Origin: Candidatus Saccharimonadota bacterium
GTDB lineage: Archaea; Micrarchaeota; Micrarchaeia; Micrarchaeales; Micrarchaeaceae
NCBI GenBank assembly: GCA_963705375.1
Contig: OY970071.1
Coordinates: forward strand, 1,110,001-1,142,000
Direction: 5' to 3'
DNA: 32,000 nt
The notes under the pieces were generated by a model that did no database searches, had not been told where the DNA came from, and was given only the letters and a program-made list of their open reading frames with translations. Positions within the stretch are counted from its first letter, which is position 1. Every line of letters starts with the position of its first letter. A program made the translations under genes and the position numbers. This document shows, one piece after another, positions 15,391 to 23,191 of this stretch.

Positions 15391-15993
15391 TCAACCCTTG
15401 GTTATTCTCTTCCTTATCTCATTGAACCTGTATCTCCGTCCTGTATTAACAAAGCGGGTCACGTATGAATCAAATTCCTTCCATTCTTTGGTGCTTAAGG
15501 GATTTGCATGATATGCATCAATTATCTTTTCTTTTTCAATCGAGTATTTTTCAAGGTATGTGCAATCGAAGAGCGTCTTGGCCTTTGTAGAAACAACCAG
15601 ATCCCCGATGCTTTCGAACCCCACAGCCTTTTCCTTAAGCGCCACGGCCCTGAACTCATATACCCCGAAAGTCTTTGATGCAGATTTGTTAGTTGTTACA
15701 ACAGTAATGGTGAATGGCAATTCGGCAACCAGCTTATGGATGTATAGTGCGGAAGAGAACCCCAGATACCCGCTGAATGTCGCCTGGGCTGCCGAAAACG
15801 CATCCTTGAGCGGATTTGTTGTGTAGACTCCCCGTTTAAGGCGCAGAATCTTTTCTGCCTTGCTCAACCTGCTCAGCGTGGTTTTCAGGGTGAAGGCATC
15901 GCATAGCTGTAGGCCCTCAAGCACATCAAGTGTGGAAATGCCCCCATCGGAGTCTCTGATTGCTGCAAGAACAGTTCTGCTAAGGCTCTCCAT
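15391..15993 (-). CDS. abiEi: AbiEi-family antitoxin / transcriptional regulator
   Basis: N-terminal wHTH ending in the LRLKRGVYTTNP motif typical of AbiEi, followed by a C-terminal domain. Paired with abiEii. Confidence 0.8.
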   Translation of the reverse strand: MESLSRTVLAAIRDSDGGISTLDVLEGLQLCDAFTLKTTLSRLSKAEKILRLKRGVYTTNPLKDAFSAAQATFSGYLGFSSALYIHKLVAELPFTITVVTTNKSASKTFGVYEFRAVALKEKAVGFESIGDLVVSTKAKTLFDCTYLEKYSIEKEKIIDAYHANPLSTKEWKEFDSYVTRFVNTGRRYRFNEIRKRITKG

Positions 15994-15999
15994 ATATCA

Positions 16000-16022
16000 A
16001 TAATAAACAATATGTTTATTAT
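16000..16022. promoter_or_regulatory. 23-bp palindrome overlapping the abiEi TATA box (candidate AbiEi operator)
   Basis: ATAATAAACA-ata-TGTTTATTAT: perfect 10-bp arms with a 3-nt spacer, beginning 7 nt upstream of the abiEi ATG. The right arm overlaps the reverse-strand TTATAATA box (16017-16024). Confidence 0.5.
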
Positions 16023-16218
16023 AAGCTTTCGGTCTGATTTTATACTTTAAATACAAACCACATGACGACGGCTTGCCGTTCTTGCTCTTTGTGTGCATCT
16101 TGCCAATTCTGAATGTCATGAGCCATTTTATTCTCTCAGGACTACGACTTCAATCACTTTCATCTATAAAGAAGCAGAAACTAGTACGCGCTTCTGACTT
16201 TCTGTTTATGTGCGTTTG

Positions 16219-17127
16219 CTAAATGGCGCCTGCGACCGACAATAAGACGAGCCCACCAATCACCAGGCTCACGAGATTCATGATCAGCGACATCAGCAGT
16301 GCGCTCCTCAGCCTTATCGACTTTTTGTTAAAGAAGTAAACGGCGTACCCTTCAAAGACCACCGCGAATATCTCCCCGAGCAGGAATCCTGTGCCCTGCA
16401 AGAGATTGATGAACACCAGCCACAGCAAGGCGACCGAAACGACGTTCGCCCCGACGACCGTAAGCAGTATCCTTTTCTTGTTCTTGATCTTCTTGGCTCT
16501 GATATAAATGAATGCTACCGCCACTTCTATCAAGATTGTGAGCGCGAGCGCGCAGGCAAACAACGCCGGCAGGCCGTGAAGAATTGGAAAGATCGGCGCG
16601 GTCGGGGTGATCAACATTGCTGTGCTGTTCGAGTAAAGCCGTGCAGTGAGGTCTGTCTCGGTGTTGTATCCATGGGAAAATTCCTCAATTGTGACCTCGT
16701 TAGTTATGTATGTTTTATTGATGCTGGGCAGATAGAAAGCCACTTTCAAGTTCGACTCGAAGAACTCGAAATCGCAAACGCCGTCCTTGCAGGCACCGCC
16801 TCCCCTTCCGACATACATCCAGTAGCACGCATCATGGGCGTTGTACTGGGTCACGTTCAGCTGCGGCACAAATCCATGCGGTGTACTGCTGCTGATATTC
16901 AGGCAGGAGAGCACCTCTGCGTAGAAAGTACCGTTAACTGGTTGCCCATCGTATGAAACATTGATATGAAGAAACGGAGGGGCGATGTCTGCCTTGGCAA
17001 ACGCGGAGACGAGCATAAGCGAAAGCAATGCTAAAATCGTCACCTTCAATATGGGCGTTGCAGCTGTTATTATGCGTATCTGCGAATGCAGTTTGCTTGA
17101 CATTGCTTCTGATTTGTCAGCTGCCAT
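16219..17127 (-). CDS. Hypothetical membrane protein (signal anchor, Cys-containing extracytoplasmic domain, about 4 C-terminal TM helices)
   Basis: Hydrophobic N-terminal anchor (ILKVTILALLSLMLVSAFA). An ~150-aa domain follows with 5 Cys and 6 N-x-S/T sequons, then C-terminal TM helices. A TATA-like box ends 22 nt upstream of the ATG. Confidence 0.6.
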   Translation of the reverse strand: MAADKSEAMSSKLHSQIRIITAATPILKVTILALLSLMLVSAFAKADIAPPFLHINVSYDGQPVNGTFYAEVLSCLNISSSTPHGFVPQLNVTQYNAHDACYWMYVGRGGGACKDGVCDFEFFESNLKVAFYLPSINKTYITNEVTIEEFSHGYNTETDLTARLYSNSTAMLITPTAPIFPILHGLPALFACALALTILIEVAVAFIYIRAKKIKNKKRILLTVVGANVVSVALLWLVFINLLQGTGFLLGEIFAVVFEGYAVYFFNKKSIRLRSALLMSLIMNLVSLVIGGLVLLSVAGAI

Positions 17128-17238
17128 TGCTCTTAGTAGTTAAGCAAAACTTATATCTTTTACGCTGCCTAAAAGTATCTTCCCTTCTTACTATCCAGCC
17201 GCGCGATAAGATAATCTGCAGTTTTCCATGATATGAAT

Positions 17239-17712
17239 CTATGGCAGGAGATTAATCATCCTGATTCCCCACCAGACCAGAAGCACCACGTTTGCTATCG
17301 CGCCGATGCCGCAAACGGCCACATCCCTTTTCGAAAAGACGTCGAGGTTGTCGCTCGCCTTGCTGACAGCGATGTATCCCATAATAGTTCCCAACCCCCA
17401 GCATATGGGTGGGAAAAAGAACAAGCCAATGATTGCAAGCATCCATGCGAAGGACGACATCCCAAGCACGCTGTTCTTCATAGCCGAAGCTGATTTCTGC
17501 GGCGCCTTGCTTGCTGTAGGGGCCGTAGTGGCCTGCGCCTTGCTTGCTGCAGGGACCGTAGCAGCCTGCGGCTTGCTGCCGAATACCTTGTCAGCGTCGG
17601 GTTTGCAATAAAGCTTGCCGCCAATCTCCACAGAACACTTGCTGCATACGCCTTTTCCACATTGCGAGCATACGCCCACAGCCTCGGTCTTGCGATGATT
17701 GTAGCATTCCAT
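17239..17712 (-). CDS. Zinc-ribbon (B-box-like) membrane protein
   Basis: N-terminus MECYNHRKTEAVGVCSQCGKGVCSKCSVEIGGKLYC (C-x2-H...C-x2-C...C-x2-C). An Ala/Ser/Lys/Thr-rich repeat linker follows, then two TM helices resembling DUF4190-type small membrane domains. Confidence 0.6.
   Translation of the reverse strand: MECYNHRKTEAVGVCSQCGKGVCSKCSVEIGGKLYCKPDADKVFGSKPQAATVPAASKAQATTAPTASKAPQKSASAMKNSVLGMSSFAWMLAIIGLFFFPPICWGLGTIMGYIAVSKASDNLDVFSKRDVAVCGIGAIANVVLLVWWGIRMINLLP
17497..17580. repeat. Tandem ~33-nt repeat (about 2.5 units) inside the zinc-ribbon gene
   Basis: The units are CTGCGGCGCCTTGCTTGCTGTAGGGGCCGTAGTGGC, then CTGCGCCTTGCTTGCTGCAGGGACCGTAGCAGC, then the partial CTGCGGCTTGCTGCC. 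They encode the AASKAQATTAPTASKAPQ linker. Confidence 0.7.
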
Positions 17713-18066
17713 AATATCAGATTTTAATTGCCCTCTTAACTAGATAGTGATAGAAGCTCTTCTGGTGAATAACTTCTACTCTCATCTGTCATACGCTCCC
17801 TTAACATGATAAAGGGGTATTTGGGGTATAATAACCTTTTGTGGTTGGTCTAAAACGTGCGTTTATTTGCGCTATGCTGCACAATTTCATTGAAGCCCGG
17901 CAATTATCTCAAGGAGCACACTATTGGCTCCAGAGCGAGCCTTCCGAACTCTATAGCATCTGCGCATTTCCAAAGGTAAACGCAGCCCAAGTTGCCTTAA
18001 CTAGTTATTTGTAATGGGGGAAGGGTGATGGTATGGCTGCCTACACAAGCCCCATTCAAAATCAGG

Positions 18067-18110
18067 AAATCCCTCTTAGTGCTTAGCGTTCAGAGGTACA
18101 AATCCCTAAA
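18067..18110 (+). repeat. Degenerate copy of the composite att-like unit (internally deleted)
   Basis: AAATCCCTCTTAGTGCTT matches tRNA positions 12442-12459 at 16 of 18. After a deletion, AGAGGTACAAATCCCT matches the second T-loop-like box. Confidence 0.55.
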
Positions 18111-18206
18111 TTGCTCATTGTCTTGTTAGGTCTAATAAATCACAACGTTTGCAAAACAACAAATCTCAGCATATAAACTGCCAGAAAACTGAGCATATAA
18201 ATATCT
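18099..18206 (+). repeat. Copy B of the duplicated promoter-bearing segment (partner at 13197-13275)
   Basis: CAAATCCCTAAATTGCTCATT...ACAAATCTCAGCATATAAACTGCCAGAAAACTGAGCATATAAATATCT. Confidence 0.7.
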
Positions 18207-18325
18207 CCTAAACCACAAAGACTGCTGCGATTATATGACTAAAACAAAGGGCAGTACGCACTCATTTGCTGCAGATACAGAAAATAAAAAAGCACAATAT
18301 GCCGAATTATTTTTTAATGCCTTAC

Positions 18326-18915
18326 GGGCCTGTGAAATCCCTTGCGTTTACGCATGAGGATGAAACAGGCACAGAATATTATCCCTATTTCTCGATTTGT
18401 CTCCAACGCGGCCGTTAGGCCGCGGAGACCTGAGAACATGGATAGTGTAAACTATGAAAATAAGAACCTTGTGCACAACGCGCACTCCGTGGGTGCGAAC
18501 GAATATCATCTGCAATGGGTAACAAAATACAGATATGCGACCCTTGAAAAAGAGTCGCACTGGAAGGATTGCGATGCGGCAATCCGTTCTGCGGCAGAAA
18601 AATATAAAATCAAAATCGTAGAATTGGGCGTAATGGAAGACCATGTTCACGTAGTTGCGGAAATTCCTCCCGAGATGTCTGTTTCTCGTGCGATAGGACT
18701 TCTGAAAGGTTCAAGTTCCTATGAACTCTTCAGAAAACACCCGAATTTTAGGAAGACATATTGGAACGGCCATTTCTGGGGCAGGGGTTATTTTTACAGA
18801 ACAGTAAGTGAGGTGACCGAAGAAACCATCAGAAATTACGTGCGCAGAGACAACAATATGCGTCAGAAGCGACTATGTGCTTGAAGTAAATCCCACACCT
18901 TTAGGTGTGGGTAGT
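18326..18915 (+). mobile_element. IS200/IS605-family element, TnpA only (no tnpB); ends approximate
   Basis: The element carries a Y1 HUH transposase gene. An imperfect hairpin at 18328-18370 lies just 3' of a TTAC at 18322-18325. A perfect hairpin CGCGGCC-gtta-GGCCGCG lies at 18407-18424. The right-end hairpin CCCACACC-ttt-AGGTGTGGG lies at 18892-18911. No inverted terminal repeats, as expected for this family. Confidence 0.8.
18438..18884 (+). CDS. tnpA: IS200/IS605-family Y1 (HUH) transposase TnpA
   Basis: HLQWVTKYRY, the HUH motif in EDHVHVVAEIPP, LLKGSSSYELF and GHFWGRGYFYRTV. Start set to the ATG at 18438; the track start at 18342 is TTG and would read through the left-end hairpins. 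Confidence 0.9.
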   Translation: MDSVNYENKNLVHNAHSVGANEYHLQWVTKYRYATLEKESHWKDCDAAIRSAAEKYKIKIVELGVMEDHVHVVAEIPPEMSVSRAIGLLKGSSSYELFRKHPNFRKTYWNGHFWGRGYFYRTVSEVTEETIRNYVRRDNNMRQKRLCA

Positions 18916-19260
18916 TTAATAATTTTAAAGACGCTGCCCATTGGTTTGAGCTAGAGGCACAACACAGGGTATCCTACAGTGACTATATGGGTGCCGGCAA
19001 GGCGTACGCAAATGAGGCCCGATGTCTTAAGAAGATCGGACGTATTGATGAGGCCATAGTTGCGCTCGACAATGCACATGCGAAATTCATTGCGGCATGG
19101 GATGGTGCTAGTGCTAAAGAAGTAGAATCTGAGAGGACTAGTGCCATAAAGGCGCTCAAGAGATCAAACTTGGTGTGATGCAGCTAAGTTCTTTTAAAGA
19201 TGGGCTCTTTCCTATCTCTTAAGGATGGCATAAAGGGCTAAACGTTACACGCAGCGTTAT

Positions 19261-19315
19261 TCTCTTTCAGGGCTGCCTCGAAGTGACATAAAGAGGAATT
19301 AAGGTTCAATGTCCT
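19261..19315 (+). repeat. Degenerate copy of the composite att-like unit
   Basis: TCTCTTTCAGGGCTGCCTCGAAGTGACATAAAGAGGAATTAAGGTTCAATGTCCT aligns by eye with 12446-12498 at roughly 70% identity. It includes TCAGGGCT, GTGACA and GGTTCAA. Confidence 0.5.
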
Positions 19316-19416
19316 AGAAGAGATTCATAACTTATGTCTTAAGTTTCATTGACTTGATATTTACTGTTAAATGCCATTCTTATTTAGTATGACGCTGAAC
19401 GTGCGAGTGGGAGAAA

Positions 19417-20319
19417 TCATGGCTCTTTTAGTCTATCAAAAAGCATCTCAGTTTCTTTAGCACTCATGTGCTTTACTGTATCAAGAATTTCTTCAGGGCT
19501 GGAAGAAAGAACATCCAATGTTTTCTTCATATCATAATTACTCGCAGCGAATACAAGCAAGGCTACTGCGCGGCCTAAACGCGAACCTATCGCTATGCTG
19601 GCGACCTCTCCCAGATCGCCTTTCTCGATGTTTAATTGGATATCCGATACTATATTTACAGATAATGTAGGATGCTCATTTCTGAGTGCTTCAACAATTC
19701 GGTGTATCTTTTTTTGTGTTGTACCACTCCTCTCTTCATTCATAGACCAAACATGACTAAAGACGGCCTCAAAAAAGTATGCTCCGGGTTCAGGGAGTTG
19801 GCTTTTTATCAGTTCTGAAGGCATATACACAAGGTCTCCCTTATCATCTAAACGGAAAGGTACACTTGTACATTTAGCTAAAAACCCTATTTTACCTTGC
19901 CAAAAATGAAAGACTTCGTGGGGCACGATCGTTGCTATGCTATATGCTTTGTCAACCTCTATGTCCTTATCTCCGTTCCTGTAGCACCCGCCCATATCTA
20001 GTTCTCTACAGTTGGCTACAAACCTAATTCCTGGACCTTCTGATAGACGCAATCTATCTCCCATCAAAGTGTTTATACACTCTACAGCCAGTTCCACATA
20101 TTTTTTACCTTCTTTTTGCACACGCCTTTCTTTGGCTACAGAATCTTCATTAATAATATCCTGCAGCGAAGCCATCTTTACCCCTTTCTGCGCAGCGTAA
20201 GCTTTCGCTTCCTCAAAGGTTGTCAGTGGACCCTCTTCGAGTTCCGTTGTCTTTTTATGGCTAGACGGTGTTTTTGTGTTGTTTGATTCCGTTCCCTCAG
20301 GCTTTGTCTTTCCAGTCAT
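19417..20319 (-). CDS. Hypothetical protein with HExxH zincin motif (putative metallopeptidase)
   Basis: 300 aa. The ~25-aa N-terminus is Thr/Lys/Ser/Glu-rich. There is a single HEVFH motif in the context IATIVPHEVFHFWQGK. No closer family assignment is possible by eye. Confidence 0.55.
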   Translation of the reverse strand: MTGKTKPEGTESNNTKTPSSHKKTTELEEGPLTTFEEAKAYAAQKGVKMASLQDIINEDSVAKERRVQKEGKKYVELAVECINTLMGDRLRLSEGPGIRFVANCRELDMGGCYRNGDKDIEVDKAYSIATIVPHEVFHFWQGKIGFLAKCTSVPFRLDDKGDLVYMPSELIKSQLPEPGAYFFEAVFSHVWSMNEERSGTTQKKIHRIVEALRNEHPTLSVNIVSDIQLNIEKGDLGEVASIAIGSRLGRAVALLVFAASNYDMKKTLDVLSSSPEEILDTVKHMSAKETEMLFDRLKEP

Positions 20320-20446
20320 TTTATTACATTATATTTGCAGTTAATTTCCTATTTATTACTTTCAGTCGAAATGGAAATAGAGTGAGTAAAAAAGCAAAGA
20401 ATATCGGACGTGATCCAACTCGTGGCTTTTTACTGTCAGTAAGAGA

Positions 20447-20459
20447 CCCTCTCAGGGCT
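20447..20459 (+). repeat. Exact 13-nt direct copy of the tRNA-Thr 3' end (att-like, distal)
   Basis: CCCTCTCAGGGCT is identical to 12446-12458 and 14570-14582, in the same orientation, in the gap between the HExxH gene and the AlkZ-like gene. Confidence 0.8.
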
Positions 20460-20530
20460 ATGCTCGTCTTTCTTTTTGTTTCTTCAGATTTCGGTACGCT
20501 TGGCTAGATAAAAACTCTCTGTTCGGCGTG

Positions 20531-21640
20531 CTATTTAACTACCGTATCCATTCCTAGAAATCTTCCATATCTTTCTACCTCTTCCTTAACTCTTTCCAAG
20601 TTCTCCTTGCTTAATTTTACATATTGTTTTAGTGTAACCACAACTTTCTCTTTTTCAAACTTCCTGCTCCATGCTCCGACTACCTCTCCGTCAACAACTA
20701 TGACAGGAACGAATATTCCATTGCTGTGGATTATCGAGACCTTTCCCGCATTCAGCATTCCATTCAATGCTTTTTGCATTTGGGTGTTTCCGAACGCAGT
20801 GCTCCTGTCAGCATACGCCACAAGATATTCATCAAAAGCAGGTAAAAGATGAACAGAATACAGGTTATCGCGCGATCTTGGAATACTCTTCGGCATGTAG
20901 TAGGTATTGCCGTCGATCTCTTCTTCCACAAGCTTTGACTTTGCTCTTGCTATGCCAGTCCGTGCATCACTGACCTTCAACCCTGACCACCATACATAAT
21001 CCTTGATTGTAGCAGGTCCGTGGCTAGAAAAGTACCTATATGCAAGTTCGGCATTCGCCTGCTCATCTGAAAGCTCCCTTCTCTTTGTTATATGTTCATC
21101 AAGCAGCACGAACGTCTGCTCCTTTCCGGCATATGGCCCAAAGCATATGAGCCCATCCCATGCGGCTCTATAAAGCACATGATATCCCAAATTGTTGTTT
21201 GACGGAACTCTCCCTCTTTCGAGTACTTTGTACATCTCTTTTCTAGTTAGTTGTTTTCCTCCTTTTAGCGCATCATAGAACAGGGCCTTTGTTTTTTCCA
21301 CAACCTTGTCACTTAGTCCTAGATGTCTGTCTCTTGTTATTGCCGTATTCAGAAGACGCGGAGCAAAGAGCCTTAGCATCCAATGTATGTCTGAGGACAC
21401 TGCAAAATGCAGGGTGCCTCTCATAAGCCATGTTCTTGCAATCTCCCTTCTCGCGATTGCGTTCTCAACGTCTTTTACCGTGGTGCCTTCTCTGCATCTT
21501 AATCCTATTGCCCACAATGCTGCCTGATAGTCTTGGGCTTGGATGGCACACATCGAACTTAATACTTCTTCAGGGCTGCTCACTGTGTTGTTGATGTGCT
21601 GGGTTGAAAGACGAAAGTTGGCAATATCTGAAGTATCCAT
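20531..21640 (-). CDS. AlkZ/YcaQ-like winged-helix DNA glycosylase family protein (HTH_42)
   Basis: N-terminal pattern FRLSTQHI...MCAIQAQDYQAALWAIGLR...RTWLMRGTLHF is typical of this family. It includes a Q-x-Q motif (QAQ) at the position of the AlkZ catalytic motif. Confidence 0.72.
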   Translation of the reverse strand: MDTSDIANFRLSTQHINNTVSSPEEVLSSMCAIQAQDYQAALWAIGLRCREGTTVKDVENAIARREIARTWLMRGTLHFAVSSDIHWMLRLFAPRLLNTAITRDRHLGLSDKVVEKTKALFYDALKGGKQLTRKEMYKVLERGRVPSNNNLGYHVLYRAAWDGLICFGPYAGKEQTFVLLDEHITKRRELSDEQANAELAYRYFSSHGPATIKDYVWWSGLKVSDARTGIARAKSKLVEEEIDGNTYYMPKSIPRSRDNLYSVHLLPAFDEYLVAYADRSTAFGNTQMQKALNGMLNAGKVSIIHSNGIFVPVIVVDGEVVGAWSRKFEKEKVVVTLKQYVKLSKENLERVKEEVERYGRFLGMDTVVK

Positions 21641-21867
21641 GGAAGAGTAATGGGTAAAAAGAAATTAAGCCTTTAAGAACCGCCAGCCTAAACAAGCGAT
21701 TGTGAGTCGTGTAGGTGCTTATTACGGGCAGCAATTAAATCTTTCAAGGGCTTGTTTGTTAATTATCCTAACTCGTCAGTTCTATCCACTTTATATCTTC
21801 TTTCTTCTGAACTCTAAAGCGTTTAAATATCCCTTAGATAGTATATTTGACAGAGAAGTGCTCTGCT

Positions 21868-22053
21868 ATGCCTACCAGGACGAAAGGAAATTCAAGAGAC
21901 ATGATACATGAAGCAGATCGCCTAACAGAAGAGATAGTGGCTGCTGCTCTTGTGAAAGGGGGCATGACTGTACTCCCTGCTGTCACGGCTGCAAAATTAG
22001 CCTTCTCGGCTCCGGCCCTTATTTCCTCTCACACGACGATAAGGCTGCTTTGA
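21868..22053 (+). CDS. Hypothetical small ORF (61 aa), weak
   Basis: ATG-trimmed version of track ORF 21847..22053. Its stop overlaps the next small ORF. No motif recognised. Confidence 0.2.
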   Translation: MPTRTKGNSRDMIHEADRLTEEIVAAALVKGGMTVLPAVTAAKLAFSAPALISSHTTIRLL

Positions 22054-22061
22054 TAGCTTTA

Positions 22062-22277
22062 ATGCCCGAAGTGAAGCAGGCACTTGCAACGCTCCGATAT
22101 ACAAAAAGAATACCCTACACTGCCAAAAGAATAGGCTATCGTTTTGGAATAGTATCCCAACTAGAGCTGCCCGACTTGAGAATGCACCATGTGGGTGCGC
22201 GGGGTGTAGACGTCCCGGAAATGGCTGACGCTTCAGAAAAGGTTAAACTTTCAAAATATTTAAGGGAAGATTCTTGA
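22062..22277 (+). CDS. Hypothetical small ORF (71 aa), weak
   Basis: ATG-trimmed version of track ORF 22050..22277 (TTG). No motif recognised. Confidence 0.2.
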   Translation: MPEVKQALATLRYTKRIPYTAKRIGYRFGIVSQLELPDLRMHHVGARGVDVPEMADASEKVKLSKYLREDS

Positions 22278-22366
22278 GACCAGCTTTTTATCCTTCGCCC
22301 TAAGTGGTGCCTATTCTCCTAGTAAATACCTCTTCGACAGAATGTATAAATACTGAAAGAGCAACT

Positions 22367-23089
22367 ATGATACATATGTCGCAAAGTGTATCTCGTCCTG
22401 TGCACATAAAGGCCGAAAGAATAGAAAACAATGTCCTGATATCGGACGATAGGGACACAATAAGAGACCTGTCTAGCCTACTGAGAAATTGCAAGCTTGC
22501 AAGCGACAGCAGAGGGTTCCTTGTTTACAATGGCGAATATAAAGGATGTCCCTTTACCTTAGCATCTCATGGAATCGGAGGACCTTCTTGTTCTGTGGTG
22601 GTTGAAGAGCTGATCATGCTCGGTGCAAGAAAAATTGTGATTCTTGGCACGGCCGGCATCCTTAATGAGAAGGTCAAGGTCGGTGATTATGTGATAACCA
22701 CCAAAGGAAATCATATGTCTGGCGGTTTGTATAAAGCATATAAAGCAGAGCGTATGGTGATGGTGCCTGACAAACATTTAACAGAGAAATTGATAAAGAC
22801 GTTTACGAATAGAGGTCTGACCGTACACACCGGGAGTGTTTTTGCAGACGATGCTTATTATGGAGAAGACAGTGCTTTTGTTAAAAACCGAAGAAAGAAA
22901 GGAGATATCGCTGTCGAAATGGAATCCGCGACACTTTTCATGATAGGAAAACTAAGAGGCGTTGCTACTGCCGAAGTATCTGTGGCAAGTAACAGTGTGG
23001 TTGATAAAGTGTATCCTATATCTCCAGAAGCGCTGAAAGAACGGTTGAGGCAAGGCGCAGCTGCAATATTCAAGGCTTTGAGTAGCTGA
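22367..23089 (+). CDS. Nucleoside phosphorylase (PNP/UDP family 1; purine or uridine phosphorylase)
   Basis: SHGIGGPS, ILGTAG and AVEMESATLF motifs. Start set to ATG 22367 (or 22376), downstream of the TATAAATA box at 22345-22352; the track start at 22304 is GTG. Confidence 0.8.
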   Translation: MIHMSQSVSRPVHIKAERIENNVLISDDRDTIRDLSSLLRNCKLASDSRGFLVYNGEYKGCPFTLASHGIGGPSCSVVVEELIMLGARKIVILGTAGILNEKVKVGDYVITTKGNHMSGGLYKAYKAERMVMVPDKHLTEKLIKTFTNRGLTVHTGSVFADDAYYGEDSAFVKNRRKKGDIAVEMESATLFMIGKLRGVATAEVSVASNSVVDKVYPISPEALKERLRQGAAAIFKALSS

Positions 23090-23191
23090 GAATGCTGCGG
23101 ATGCTGCTTAGCGGCAGAAGGCCTGCGTTTGCTGCCTTTTTGATTGCATAGAGTATTTGACTCATCATTGCCACATATTGGTGCTTGAAGT

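Larger units (their letters stand above)
18235..19178 (+). pseudogene. TPR-like/helical-repeat ORF interrupted by an IS200/IS605 element
   Basis: The 5' part (ATG 18235, MTKTKGSTHSFAADTENKKAQYAELFFNAL...) runs into the IS. The 3' part is open from 18915 (FNNFKDAAHWFELEAQ...GKAYANEARCLKKIGRIDEAIVALDNAHAKF). Removing the IS at plausible junctions restores one frame. Confidence 0.5.

Noticed and set aside
18342-18437. TTG-initiated N-terminal extension of TnpA (track start 18342)
   Set aside because: The extension would translate the IS left-end hairpins. The ATG at 18438 gives a 148-aa protein of canonical IS200 TnpA size, beginning shortly before the conserved YHLQWVTKYRY block.
20268-20507. 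ORF 20268..20507 (+) spanning the distal att-like 13-mer as a possible split (SSV-type) integrase fragment
   Set aside because: The translation (MFLCCLIPFPQALSFQSF...) is hydrophobic low-complexity with no integrase motifs (no R..HxxR..Y pattern). The same holds for short frames abutting the other repeat copies.
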